DNA of 63,991 nt, filler included, from Hausera hauseri (Eukaryota), in the NCBI GenBank assembly GCA_046269625.1. It is 10 parts of 10 records of this genome, joined end to end, with 100 filler letters (N's around TTAATTAATTAA, not from the genome) between each part and the next. Parts side by side here need not be neighbours in the genome. Positions count along the whole stretch, not along the records: positions 1 to 5,319 come from JBJURY010280951.1; positions 5,420 to 15,820 come from JBJURY010193304.1; 8 more parts are not named here. One strand, written 5' to 3'. The notes below the pieces were generated by a model. The model was not told the DNA's origin. It searched no databases and was given only the letters and a program-made list of their open reading frames with translations. A program made the translations under genes and the position numbers. Below, piece by piece: positions 1 through 10,849 of the stretch (position 1 is its first letter; each line of letters opens with the position of its first letter).

Positions 1-346
1 TGTCTTCCCAATTTGTTGTTTTCCTTTCCGCTTTGGTCTCTATTTGAAACAATCTGCCGTACTCCGGTGGGAGTATTGTGTACACGATCCAATATTTCTC
101 CTCGTTGGATAGTGTTATTCTGTTTACTGACTCAGTGAAATCGATGCATTCCTGACAGTCTTTAATAAACTTTTCCAGGTTTCTCTGTTCTAAGTGGGGT
201 AGGCAAGCCATGTCAGAGTTGAGATATGGGACGAAACGCGGAGTATGTGTAATACCATTTATTTCCAAGTCATGTTGTACATGAAAACCGTGTTCTCCTT
301 CGTCGAGTTAATTATTTGACCGTTTGATAATTTTTTCGGAGTGCAT
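1..346 (-). pseudogene. 5' part of a possible Gag/capsid-like ORF running off the window start
   Basis: Manual translation gives MHSEKIIKRSNN*LDEG...MACLPHLEQRNLEKFIKDCQECIDF...LSNEEKYWIVYTILPPEYGRLF...TTNWED. About 100 codons are open after one stop. The helical pattern loosely resembles retrotransposon Gag. Confidence 0.3.
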
Positions 347-539
347 TATTTGTTAAAATCTAAATAGAAAAATTTTACCGCCTTTATTTGGTAAAAAGAA
401 ACAAATTTTTAACTTATATAATTTATTTGATTTTTTTGTTGGCGTTCACTTAACTGAAACGCCATTTTTATAATATTCAAATTATGTTAACAATTAATAC
501 ACAATTTAAATTTCATCAATCGAGTTTCCCCTTCACATG

Positions 540-3500
540 CATATTCGTACTCAACGCAATTAGTTGCGTGCGAAATATTTTGGCCTGATTCAGTTCCGGA
601 CATCTGCATATTCGGACTCACCGCACTGCGTTGAGTGGGAAAATACTCTGGACTGAACCAGTTCCGGACTCCTGCATATTCGGACTCACCGCACTGTGTT
701 GAGTGGGAAAATATTTTGGACTGAGCCAGTTCAGGACTCCTGCATATTAGGACTCACCGCACTGTGTAGAGTGGGAAAATATTTTGGCCTGATTCAGTTC
801 CGGACACCTGCATATTCGTACTCACAGCACTGTGTTGAGTCAGAAAAAATTTAGGACTGAAACAGTTCCGGACACCTGCATATTCGGACTCACAGCAATG
901 CGTTGAATCGAAATATATTTTGTACTGACCCAGTTTCGGACACCTGCATAGTCGGACTCACCGCATTGTGTTGAGACAGAAAAATTTGGGACTGAGGCAG
1001 TTCCGGACACGTACAAATTCGGACTCAGAGCAATGAGTTCAGTAGGCAAGACTTGGACTGACCCAGTTCCGACCTACTGCATATTCGTACTCACCGCATT
1101 GTGTTGAGTCAGAAAAAATTTTGGAATGAGTTAGTTCCGGACACGTACAAATTCGGACTCAGAGCAGTTAGTTCAGTCGGAAAAATTTGGACTGTCCCAG
1201 TTCCGGACTTCTGCAAATTCGGACTCACCGCAATGCTTTGAATCGAAAAATATTTTGGACTTACCCAGTTTCGGACACCTGCATATTCGGAATCACGGCA
1301 ATGTGATGATTCAGAAAAATATAAGACTGACTCATTTCCTGAGACCTACATACTTTAACTCACCAAATGTAAGTTGAGTCGGAAACAATTTTAGGATGAC
1401 CTAGTTTCGGACACCTGCATATTCGGACTAATGATAATTAGTTGAGTCAAAAATATTTCGGACTGACATAGTTCCGGACATCTGCATATTCGGACTCACC
1501 GCAATGAGTTTTGTGAAAACAATTTCGGACTGATCTAGTTTTGGACAACTGAATATTCGGACTCACCGCAATTAGTTGTGTGAGAAACATTTTGGACTGA
1601 CCCAATTCCGAACAACTGCATACTCGTACTCACCGCACTTTGTTGAGTGGGAATTAATGTTGGTGTGACTTATTTCCGGACACTTGCATTTTCGTACTAA
1701 CGGCAATTAGTTGTGTGTGAAACTGTTGGACTGATTCAGTTCCGGACACCTGCATATACGGACTCACCGCACTGTGTTGAGTCAGAAGAAATTTTGGACT
1801 GTGCCAATTCCGGACACGTAGAAATTGGGAATCACAGCAATGAGTTCAGTCGGAAAAATTTGGACTAATCCAGTTCCGAACACCTGAAAATTCGTACTCA
1901 CCGCACTGTTTTGAGTGCGAAAAAATTTTGGACTGGCCCAGTTCCCGAATCCTGCAATTTCGGACGCACCGCAATGCGTTGAATCGAAAAATATTTTGGA
2001 CCGACCCAGTTTCGGACACCTGCATATTCGGACTAACCGTACTTAGTTAAGTTAAAAACATTTTGGACGGATCTAGTTTCGGACAACTCTATATTCGGAC
2101 TCACCGAAATTAGTTGTGTGAGAAACATTTTGGACTGATTCAGTTCCGGACACCTGCACATTCCCACTCACCGCATTCTGCTCAGTCAGAAAAAATTTTG
2201 GACTGAGGCAGTTCCGGACACGTACAAATTCGGACTCACAGCAATGAGTTCAGTCGGAAAAATTTGGACTGACGCAGTTCCGAGCACCTAAATATTTGTA
2301 CTCACCGCACTGTGCTAAGTGGGAAAAAATTTGGAATGACCCATTTCCGGACTTCTGGAAATTCGGAATAACCGCAATTTGTTGAGTCAAAAACATTTCG
2401 AACTGACCAGTTCCGGAAATTTGCAAATTCGAACTCGCCGCAATTAGTTGTGAGAAACATTTTGGACTGACCCAGTTCCGAACAACTGCATATTCGTACT
2501 CGCCGCACTGTGTTGAGGCAGAAAAATTTTGGACTGAGCCAGTTCCGGACACCTACAAATTCGGACTCAGAGCAATGTGTTCAGTCGGAAAAATGTGGAC
2601 TGACCCAGTTCTCGACATCTGCACATTTGGACTCACCGCAATGAGTTTTGTGAGAAAAATTTTGGACTGATCTAGTTTCGGACAACTGCATATTCGGAAT
2701 CACGGCAATGTGATGAGTCGGAAAAATATTAAACTGACCCATTTCCTGAGACCTAAAATTTTAACTCACCAAAGGTTAGTTGAGTCGGAAACAATTTTAG
2801 AATGACCTAGTTTCAGACACCTGCATATTCGGACTAATCGTAATTAGTTGAGTCAAAAATATTTCGAACTGAGCCAGTTCCGGACATCTGCAAATTCGTA
2901 CTCACCGCAATGAGTTTTGTGAGAACAATTTAGGACTGGTCTACATTCGGACAACTGCATATTCTGACTCACCGCAATTAGTTCTGTGCGAAACATTTTG
3001 GACTGATTTAGTTCCGGACACCTGCATCTTTGTACTCACCGCACTGTGTTGAGTCAGAAAAAATTTTGGACTGAGCCAGTTCCGGACAACTGCTTCTTCG
3101 GACTTACCGAAATTAGTTGTGTGAGAAACATTTTGGACTGAGCCAGTTCCAGACACCTGCATATTCGTACTCACCGCATTCTGTTGAGTGGGAATAATTG
3201 TTGGCGTGACCCAGTTTCGGACACCTGCATATTCGGAATCACGGAAATGTGATGAGTCGGAAAAATATTAGACTGACCCATTTCCTGAGACCTAAAATTT
3301 TAACTCACCAAAGGTCAGTTGAGTCGGAAACAATTTTATGATGACCTAGATTCAGACACCTGCATATTTGGAATAATCGTAATTAGTTGAGTCCAAAACA
3401 TTTTGGACTGACCCAGTTCCGAACAACTGCATATTCGGACTCACCGCACTGTGAAGAGTCAGAAAAAATTTTGGACTAAACCAGTTCCAGCCACCTGCAA

Positions 3501-5319
3501 ATTCGGACTAGCCGGAATGCGTTGAATCGAAAAAGATTTTGGACTGACCCAGTTCCGGACACCTGCAAATTCGGACGCAACGCAATGCATTGAAGCGAAA
3601 AATATTTTTTTCTGACCCAGTTTCGTACTCCTGCATATTCGGACTCACCGCAATGCGCTGAATCGTAAAATATTTTGGACTGAACCAGTTCCGGACACCT
3701 GCAAATTCGGACTCACCGCAATGCATTGAATCGAAAAATATTTTGGTCTGACCCAGTTTCGTTCACCTGCATATTCGGACTCACCGCAATGCGTTGAATC
3801 GAAAAATATTTTGGACTGACCCAGTTACGGCCACCTGAAGATTCGGACTCGCCGCACTGTGTTGAGTCAAAAAAATGTTCGTGTGACACAGTTCAGGTCA
3901 GCTGCATATTCGGACTCACCTCACTGTGTTGAGTCAGAAAAAATGTTCGTGTGACACAGTTCAGGTCAGCTGCATATTCGGACTCACCGCACTGTGTTGA
4001 GTCAGAAAAATTTTTGGACTGAGCCAGTTCCGGCCACCTGCAAATTCGGACAAGCCGGAATGCGTTGAATCGAAAAAGATTTTGGACTGACCCAGTTCCG
4101 GACACCTGCAAATTCGGACTCACCGCACTGTATTGAGTCAGAAATAATTTTGGACTGAGCCAGTTCCGGCCACCGGCAAATTCGGACAAGCCGGAATGCG
4201 TTGAATCGAAAAATATTTTGGACTGACCCAGTTTCGGACACCTGCATAGTCGGATTCACCGCACTTTGTTGAGTCAGAAAAAATGTTTGTGTGACCCAGT
4301 TTCGGACACTTACATATGCGTACTTACCGCAATTAGTTGTGTGCGAAGCATTTTGGCCTGATTCAGTTCTGGACACCTGCATCTTCCTACTCACCGCACT
4401 GTGTTGAGTGGGAAAATATTTTGTACTGACCCAGTTCCTTACTCCTGCATATTCGGAATCACGGCAATGAATTTTGTGAGAACAATTTTGGACTGATCTA
4501 GTTTCGGACAACTGCATATTCGGACTCACCGCAATTAGTTGTGTGAGAAACATTTTGGACTGACCCAGTTCAGAACAACTGCATATTCTTACTCGCCGCA
4601 CTGTTCTGAGTCAGAAAAAATTTTGGAATGAGTTAGTTACGGACGCATACAAATTTGGACTTACAGCAATGAGTTCAGTCGGAAAATTTTGGACTGACCC
4701 AGTTCCGAACTACTGCATATTTGTACTCACCGCATTGTGTTGAGTCAGAAAAAATTTTGGAATGAGTTAGTTGCGGACACGTACAAATTCGGACTCAGAA
4801 CAATGAGTTCAGTCGGAAATTTTGGATTGTACCAGTTCCGGACAGCTGCAAATTCGGACTGGCCGCAATGCGTTGAATCGAAAAAGATTTTAGACTGACC
4901 CAGTTTGGGATACCTGCATCTTCGGAATCACGGCAATGAGTTTTGTGAGAACAATTTTGGACTGATCTAGTTTCGGACAACTGCATATTCCGACTCACCG
5001 CAATTAGTTGTGTGAGAAACATTTTGGACTGACCCATTTCAGAACAACTGCATATTCTTACTTGCCGCACTGTGCTGAGTCAGAAAAAATTTTGGAATGA
5101 GTTAGTTACGGACGCATACAAATTTGGACTCACAGAAATGAGTTCAGTTGGAAAATTTTGGACTGACCCAGTTCCGAACTACTGCATATTCGTACTCACC
5201 GCATTGTGTTGAGTCAGAAAAAATTTTGGAATGAGTTAGTTTCGGACACGTACAAATTCGGACTCAGAACAATGAGTTCAGTCGGAAATTTTGGATTGTA
5301 CCAGTTCCGGACAGCTGCA
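540..5319. repeat. Tandem satellite array, ~67-69 bp monomer (consensus ~ttttggactgacccagttccggacacctgcatattcggactcaccgcactgtgttgagtcagaaaaaa), truncated at linker
   Basis: Equivalent motif starts at 651, 719 and 787 are 68 bp apart. The pattern continues with variants to 5319. Confidence 0.95.
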
Positions 5320-5419
5320 NNNNNNNNNNNNNNNNNNNNNNNNNNNNNNNNNNNNNNNNNNNNTTAATTAATTAANNNNNNNNNNNNNNNNNNNNNNNNN
5401 NNNNNNNNNNNNNNNNNNN
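5320..5419. other. Artificial contig linker (N-run with TTAATTAATTAA)
   Basis: 100-bp spacer with stops in all six frames, identical at nine places in the window. Confidence 0.98.
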
Positions 5420-6370
5420 CCAGTTTGTCCTTTGTAATAGAAATAATCGTCTCTATTCTTCAGATAGTCCTCAATCCTGATATCTTGTGTTTCTAATTGG
5501 TAAGTTCTCGCATTTATTTCAGTTTCTGCTACGAAGAATGCTTAGTAGTTAGTAGCAAACATTACCACATCACGTGACATCATTTCCTTAATAAACTTTA
5601 GTCCATATTGATCGGAGATTAATATGGTGGGGGTAGGATGTTCTAATACATCCTCGCGTCCTTGAATTGGTATCTAGTTTATCCACGTATCTTTTCCCGG
5701 TGGTCTCATTAAACTTGAGTTCTTTTATTGTAATAAAATTACAGCTTCTTCCTGAAGGAGGTTCCCATATTATAACCGAGCTTCTAAAAGCACAGGTTCC
5801 ATCTTGCAAATGGCATTTCTGATTTTCCGTGTATAATTTGGCGACGCTATGAAACATTACTTTTTGTGCTCTCATCTCTGATTCATAGAAATCTACTAGC
5901 ACTATTTGGTTCTACCCCTTTTCCGGTATCATATTCAGCTCCACTACAGTGTCCAGTATGCATGTCTAACTTTCCGACTACCACTTTGTATGCCCTAATT
6001 ATTTTACCAACTTGCATTTCTAATTCCATATTGTCCCATTGCACTCATCCAGTCTCTAGCCTGTTTGCAATGCTGTCGTTCCACGTTCATGGGAATTGGA
6101 GTTGTCGGTTTGATTATGGAAGAATGCCCGTGTGAAAAATACTGCGGGACCGTCGTAACATACATTCCATTCCGTCTAACGATATCAGTTCTTGTTGCTG
6201 ATATAAGAATTCTTTTCTCTCCTTTCTAATTTGTGTGGTCTGGCATCTTCGCACGCTTCCAGATCCATTAGAGAATATCTTTAACCCATCTTGAATTTAT
6301 CACAGTCATATATAGTGTCTGCTCCTAGTTTTTTTACTAGCATCATTATTGTTAACAAATTGACTAACCA
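5420..6370 (-). pseudogene. Decayed viral-type envelope glycoprotein (chuvirus G-like / class III fusogen-like), truncated at contig end
   Basis: A hydrophobic signal WLVNLLTIMMLVKKLGA is followed by DTIYDC...RYSLMDLEACE, ECMLRRSRSIFHTG, VVVGKLDMHTGHCSGAEYDTG and KCHLQDGTC...IIWEPPSGRSCNF. This Cys pattern matches chuvirus-like glycoproteins as I recall them. Stops and frameshifts are present. Confidence 0.65.
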
Positions 6371-7483
6371 GTTGGATTCATTGCCTCTATTTAGAGAGAT
6401 ATTTCGTATCATATCTTCTAACTTATTAGTCACTTTTGCATTTTCCTCTTTTTCAAACAATTTAGTCCACTTTATTTCTTTAGGTATCCTTCTCGCAGCT
6501 TTTATAGCTAATCCAATTGCCTTTTCAAATTCGTTTTCCCGGATGGGATTAGTTCTCCCAGCCAAGTATATTAAGACTTTCCTTAATTCTTCCGTTGTAT
6601 TATCTGTCATAATTCTGTCAATCACCATTTCGTCAGGGAGAGTGCTTTTAGATAATTCGAATCGCGAAGTTTTCATGGTCCGTGCTATATTATATATTAG
6701 TCTTTCTTTTTCAGATAGTACGTCGCCTTGGAGTCCAGTGTAATTAACTATCCTAATTAAATCTCTCATTAGTTCTATAAATTCTTCATTATCTGAGCTT
6801 GGAGTGGGTACTGATAGTTGTCTCAGTTCCTTGATCAAATCTGCATTATAGTCTACTCCTCTTATTTTTCTTGGTCTTCCGACTGGCCGTTTTGGTTTTA
6901 CCGGTGGTAAGGTCTCACTCAGTGGTACCAAATTTTTGTCATATTGCCGTTTGTCTTCATCCGTCTGTAAGTATTCAAAGTACATTGCGGCATCCTGAAT
7001 TCCCATAATTTTCCCAACGCAGTGTTCTATATGTGCCTTCCTTATGGCTTTGTCTTTAGTCTGCTCACTGATGATAATTACTATTATTCAGTTTTCTTCG
7101 AGAGGTATAATCCCTACATCTATTAAAAATTCTGGCTCATCTAATATTCTGCCTCTAAAATACAGTGGATAATTAACTTCTTTTCTATTATCCTTATCCA
7201 TTATCCGTTGTTTTATATACCCAACGGTAGTACAGGCGGTACATTGAAATTCCTCGTCGTCCATTATTTCAGATGATACTTTCACTTTAATTTCCGCTTC
7301 TGGATTATTTTTCAATAGTTTAGCGTATTCCCTTATTAGAAGCTTAGGTACGGCGCTGTATGCAGTGTTTCCACTAGATAACTTAGTTAAGGTTGGAATC
7401 AATTTCCTTAACTTTTCTTCACTTATATTTATTTTCAATACATTACTCAATTCCTTCTCCGCTAACGCGGGGTCAAGCAACAT
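6281..7483 (-). pseudogene. Middle part of long decayed polyprotein ORF (AT-hook-like KRPVGRPRK), same frame as the glycoprotein N-terminus
   Basis: ORFs 7088-7483 and 6281-7006 are in the same frame, separated by one TGA. The frame continues past the TAA at 6281 into the glycoprotein. Confidence 0.55.
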
Positions 7484-9314
7484 TTGGACGTCGAATTTCG
7501 TCTTCTGTGTACCAGTAGGTGATTCGTAAATATGTATTTTGCTCGGTTAGACCTTGGAGATATTCATCCCACTCGGCTTCGTTATCTGCGTCAGGCAATT
7601 CGTAGTTTATTAGTGCTGCATGTTCGACTTGTATTCTTTCGCGTAATTCGCTTAATTGCGGCTGTAAAGTTTTCATGATGGATACCCTAAATCCATCACC
7701 GTTTCCGCAAGCTTGTTGTATCAGCTTTATTAATCGATACATTTCCTCTGGTAGTATCAGGGCTTTTTCGTGATAATTAGTCACTTCAGCTATTCTATCC
7801 CTTTGCCATTTCTGTACAAAGTCTATTTTATCATTCAATTCTGATTCCGTAAGGGAATATTTATTTTTATAAATTTCTGTTTCTTTTAGTAACTCGTTCA
7901 ATTCGCGTCGTCTTTTCTCAGAACGTAACCGGGTTTCCTTTATCAGACGTATCCGATTTGTTAGTCTTTTAGCTATTACTTCGTCAATTTCCGCCATTTC
8001 TGTCAATAATGAGATTAATTTGTACGTTTGGTTTAACACTTCGGCGTCCGGGTCTATTGCGTCCATCAGCCTACTTACGAACTTGACTTCATCGCTTGTT
8101 AGTTGCGGATCATTTTTAATTTCCGTTAGTTCGGAATGGCAATGTAGGTCAAAGCCTGGTGACCATCCTACTGAATTCTGTATATACTGCAGCGTCTGCG
8201 CGAGAGCAATCCGGTGGTCATTACATACTTCTAATGTTTCTATTTCCTGTACAGAAATTTCTTTTAATGGCTTCTGTATCAGATTCTGTATTCCTTCCCA
8301 ACGAAGGTTTACTAAGCTCCGCTGAAGATTATTTAGTTTATTTCTTTTTTTGCAGAAGTCCTTCTCTTCTATCATAGTATATATTTCTGTTAGTGTTGTG
8401 AGATCTTGATCCTGATTCATGAATTCAAGTTCTCGAAATGATTCGAGTTTGATTCGCAGTTTCGCTTCATCTTTCATTGTGCCGATATCTAGTAGCATCT
8501 CTTCCAGTTGATGTTTCATTATCGGCTCGACCACGGCGAACTCCCTTAGTCGTTCGTTAATCACTTCAGCTATAGAAGGTAACAAGTTTGTCCACTTCTC
8601 CAATTGTTTAGATATTTCTGGTTTAGTATATATAATTTCGTCTAAAGACTCAAAAGCTTCTTTTAGTTCGTGATCTGGTCCTCGTATAAATTCTAAAATT
8701 TGTCTCGTGTAGTTGAATTCTTCTTTATACTCATCTAGTTCGAGGAGACAGGCACGTATTATTCTTTGTACTTCTACTTTTTCGAGTTGAACTATACCAA
8801 TCTTTAAGTCATTAATTTTGGCTCGTATTTCCTTTTCTCTTTCAATACGTGTTTTTAAATCTGGATATCTCTGAGGTTTGTCCTTTATTAAGCTGCACAT
8901 TTCCATTAGAAAGAAAATATCGGTCTGGTCTATACTCAGTATTTCTAGGTTGGCATCCGTTAGTTCGTACACTGGCTTATTATGAAGATAAGAAATTATC
9001 GCTTCTTCTATCTCACGCATCAATCCTTCTAAATTACGCCTTACACGTTTTAGTTTTGGGTTACCCTTTAGTGTGTTTAACAGTCCTTGCGCTTTATTAA
9101 TTTGCTCGAGAAACGGTTCGCTTTTATTCCACCATATTTTCGTAAAATCGATGTCATTCGTTATCCACAGTTCTAATTTATTCTGCCAACTTTTTATTAA
9201 TTCTTGCGGCGTTTCGTACAATTCATACTGTATGTCCTCTTCTCCTTTCTGGAGACCGGTTTGGGTTTTCGTTTGATATGCTACTCTACACTGGATTCCA
9301 TCATCAGTACACAC
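7473..9314 (-). CDS. 613-aa alpha-helical/coiled-coil protein of unknown function, probably the N-terminal part of the same mobile-element polyprotein
   Basis: Long intronless E/L/K/I-rich ORF. It overlaps the next ORF by a frameshift, and its frame continues upstream to ~9700 with stops. Confidence 0.6.
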   Translation of the reverse strand: MCTDDGIQCRVAYQTKTQTGLQKGEEDIQYELYETPQELIKSWQNKLELWITNDIDFTKIWWNKSEPFLEQINKAQGLLNTLKGNPKLKRVRRNLEGLMREIEEAIISYLHNKPVYELTDANLEILSIDQTDIFFLMEMCSLIKDKPQRYPDLKTRIEREKEIRAKINDLKIGIVQLEKVEVQRIIRACLLELDEYKEEFNYTRQILEFIRGPDHELKEAFESLDEIIYTKPEISKQLEKWTNLLPSIAEVINERLREFAVVEPIMKHQLEEMLLDIGTMKDEAKLRIKLESFRELEFMNQDQDLTTLTEIYTMIEEKDFCKKRNKLNNLQRSLVNLRWEGIQNLIQKPLKEISVQEIETLEVCNDHRIALAQTLQYIQNSVGWSPGFDLHCHSELTEIKNDPQLTSDEVKFVSRLMDAIDPDAEVLNQTYKLISLLTEMAEIDEVIAKRLTNRIRLIKETRLRSEKRRRELNELLKETEIYKNKYSLTESELNDKIDFVQKWQRDRIAEVTNYHEKALILPEEMYRLIKLIQQACGNGDGFRVSIMKTLQPQLSELRERIQVEHAALINYELPDADNEAEWDEYLQGLTEQNTYLRITYWYTEDEIRRPNVA

Positions 9315-9759
9315 ACATTGGCGTCTGTGACGTCATCTGTGCTTAGTGCACCTTTCTTCCAGGTACCAAAAGACTATCCATTCCCTATTGTTACGGGACC
9401 GGTGCCGACTTAACGATAACGTTTTTCCGTTCCTCATAAACCATATGCTGGTCTTGGTTCACTTTTTTGCCCTCGCCTCGTGCTTCGGCGCTGCATCCCT
9501 TCGACTTCGTCCCTTCAGCTTTCGATGCACTATTGCTGTCCCATCATTTCTATGTGCCACACATGACCGTGCACCATTTTCCTCTAACATATGCTTTTTT
9601 CGTGCACTTCCCCTACTTCCGGGGTGCACCGCGCACTTTTGACTGTTTTTTTGAAATCTCCGTTGCCGATTCTACCTAGCCAGTGCCTGTGTTCGCATCA
9701 AGCACGCTTCTGATTGCCTGCAGGGGAGGAGGGGGTGAGCCAGGACCGGCATTTTGCTG

Positions 9760-10410
9760 CTACTCTTGTCTCTCTAGCTTCTTTTTTGTGTCTGCAGTTA
9801 CCACTCTGTTCATCCAATCAAAAAGAAGCTTCATGAACAGTAATGTCGTGTAAGCGTCTATGCGGTGTTGAAAATCAAAGTCGGTTCGTTGATACGGGAC
9901 CAATATGTCAAGTTTGCTGACTTTGCCCATTCCAACCAAGTGGTGCAAAATGGTTGTATGGCTGACGCTAAACTTTTCAGCCAACGTATGTGATGTGAGG
10001 TTAGGATCAGCTTTGACACAGGCGCGCAAAACGGTCATTGTCAATAAGTGAGGATCGATCATCCTTGGATTATCTTAAAAATTGAATTGGCCAAGTTGAA
10101 ATTTCTCAAACCAATCGTAGGTTGTGCGACGACCAATTGTGCCTTCTCCAAATGCTTGGTTGATACGACTTTGCGAATAACCAGCGTTTAGGCCGGACTT
10201 GTAATCATACAGTAACAGAGTTCGTAGCTGTTCATTAGCAAAAGTCAGTTGATAGGCCATTTTTGAAACATTTGATATCGTAAGAACCTGTGAAAGTATG
10301 ATAATATTCAATTAAAAGATATCGCATTTACTTATATATAAATGAATAAAGAAATTAAGAAATAAACTTATATAAAAGGTTGTGCGAGAACTTTGTTTCC
10401 AACTTGATAT
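9760..10410 (-). mobile_element. Mariner transposon 5' remnant (HTH region, WVP-like motif) with TIR at ~10378-10410
   Basis: LRTLLLYDYKSGLNAG...INQAFGEGTIGRRTTYDWFEKF and HLVGMGKVSKLDILVPYQ...RVVTAD. TIR-like tatcaagttggaaacaaagttctcgcac. Confidence 0.85.
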
Positions 10411-10849
10411 TTGTTAAAATTTATATATATTCATACAGGTAGATTTTGTAACCAATTTCTGCCAATTGTTCGACGCAGATGGTAATGCGTACAAATTCAA
10501 CATGTACAAATAGTCCCATATTGGTTGCAGAGCCTGTCTTGAATGACATCTGTATTAAAAAATTCATCAATTAATGTGAATATGAATTTTAATAACACCT
10601 ATTCGAATAATTTTATATTTTTGTCGAATTTTGATATCAACCAAAGAGAAAACGTTGACAAAGACGATTTAGGACGTTGAATCTCTGTCGTTTCTTGCAC
10701 AATAACCAATCAGTCACCTGCTTTGTCAACAACAACATTTACTTCACTAAGCCATGAATTACAGCAATACGTAAAAAAGTCTTGATTACATACGACCAAT
10801 AAAGACCCAACATGTCGATCAGCTAGCACAACATTCCATCATATAAGCG

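Noticed and set aside
840-5070. Repetitive ORFs in the satellite as real proteins
   Set aside because: Monomer length (67-69 bp) is not a constant multiple of three, and the frames shift arbitrarily.
540-5319. CRISPR array
   Set aside because: There are no unique spacers: the whole monomer is repeated with drift. The context is eukaryotic and there are no cas genes.
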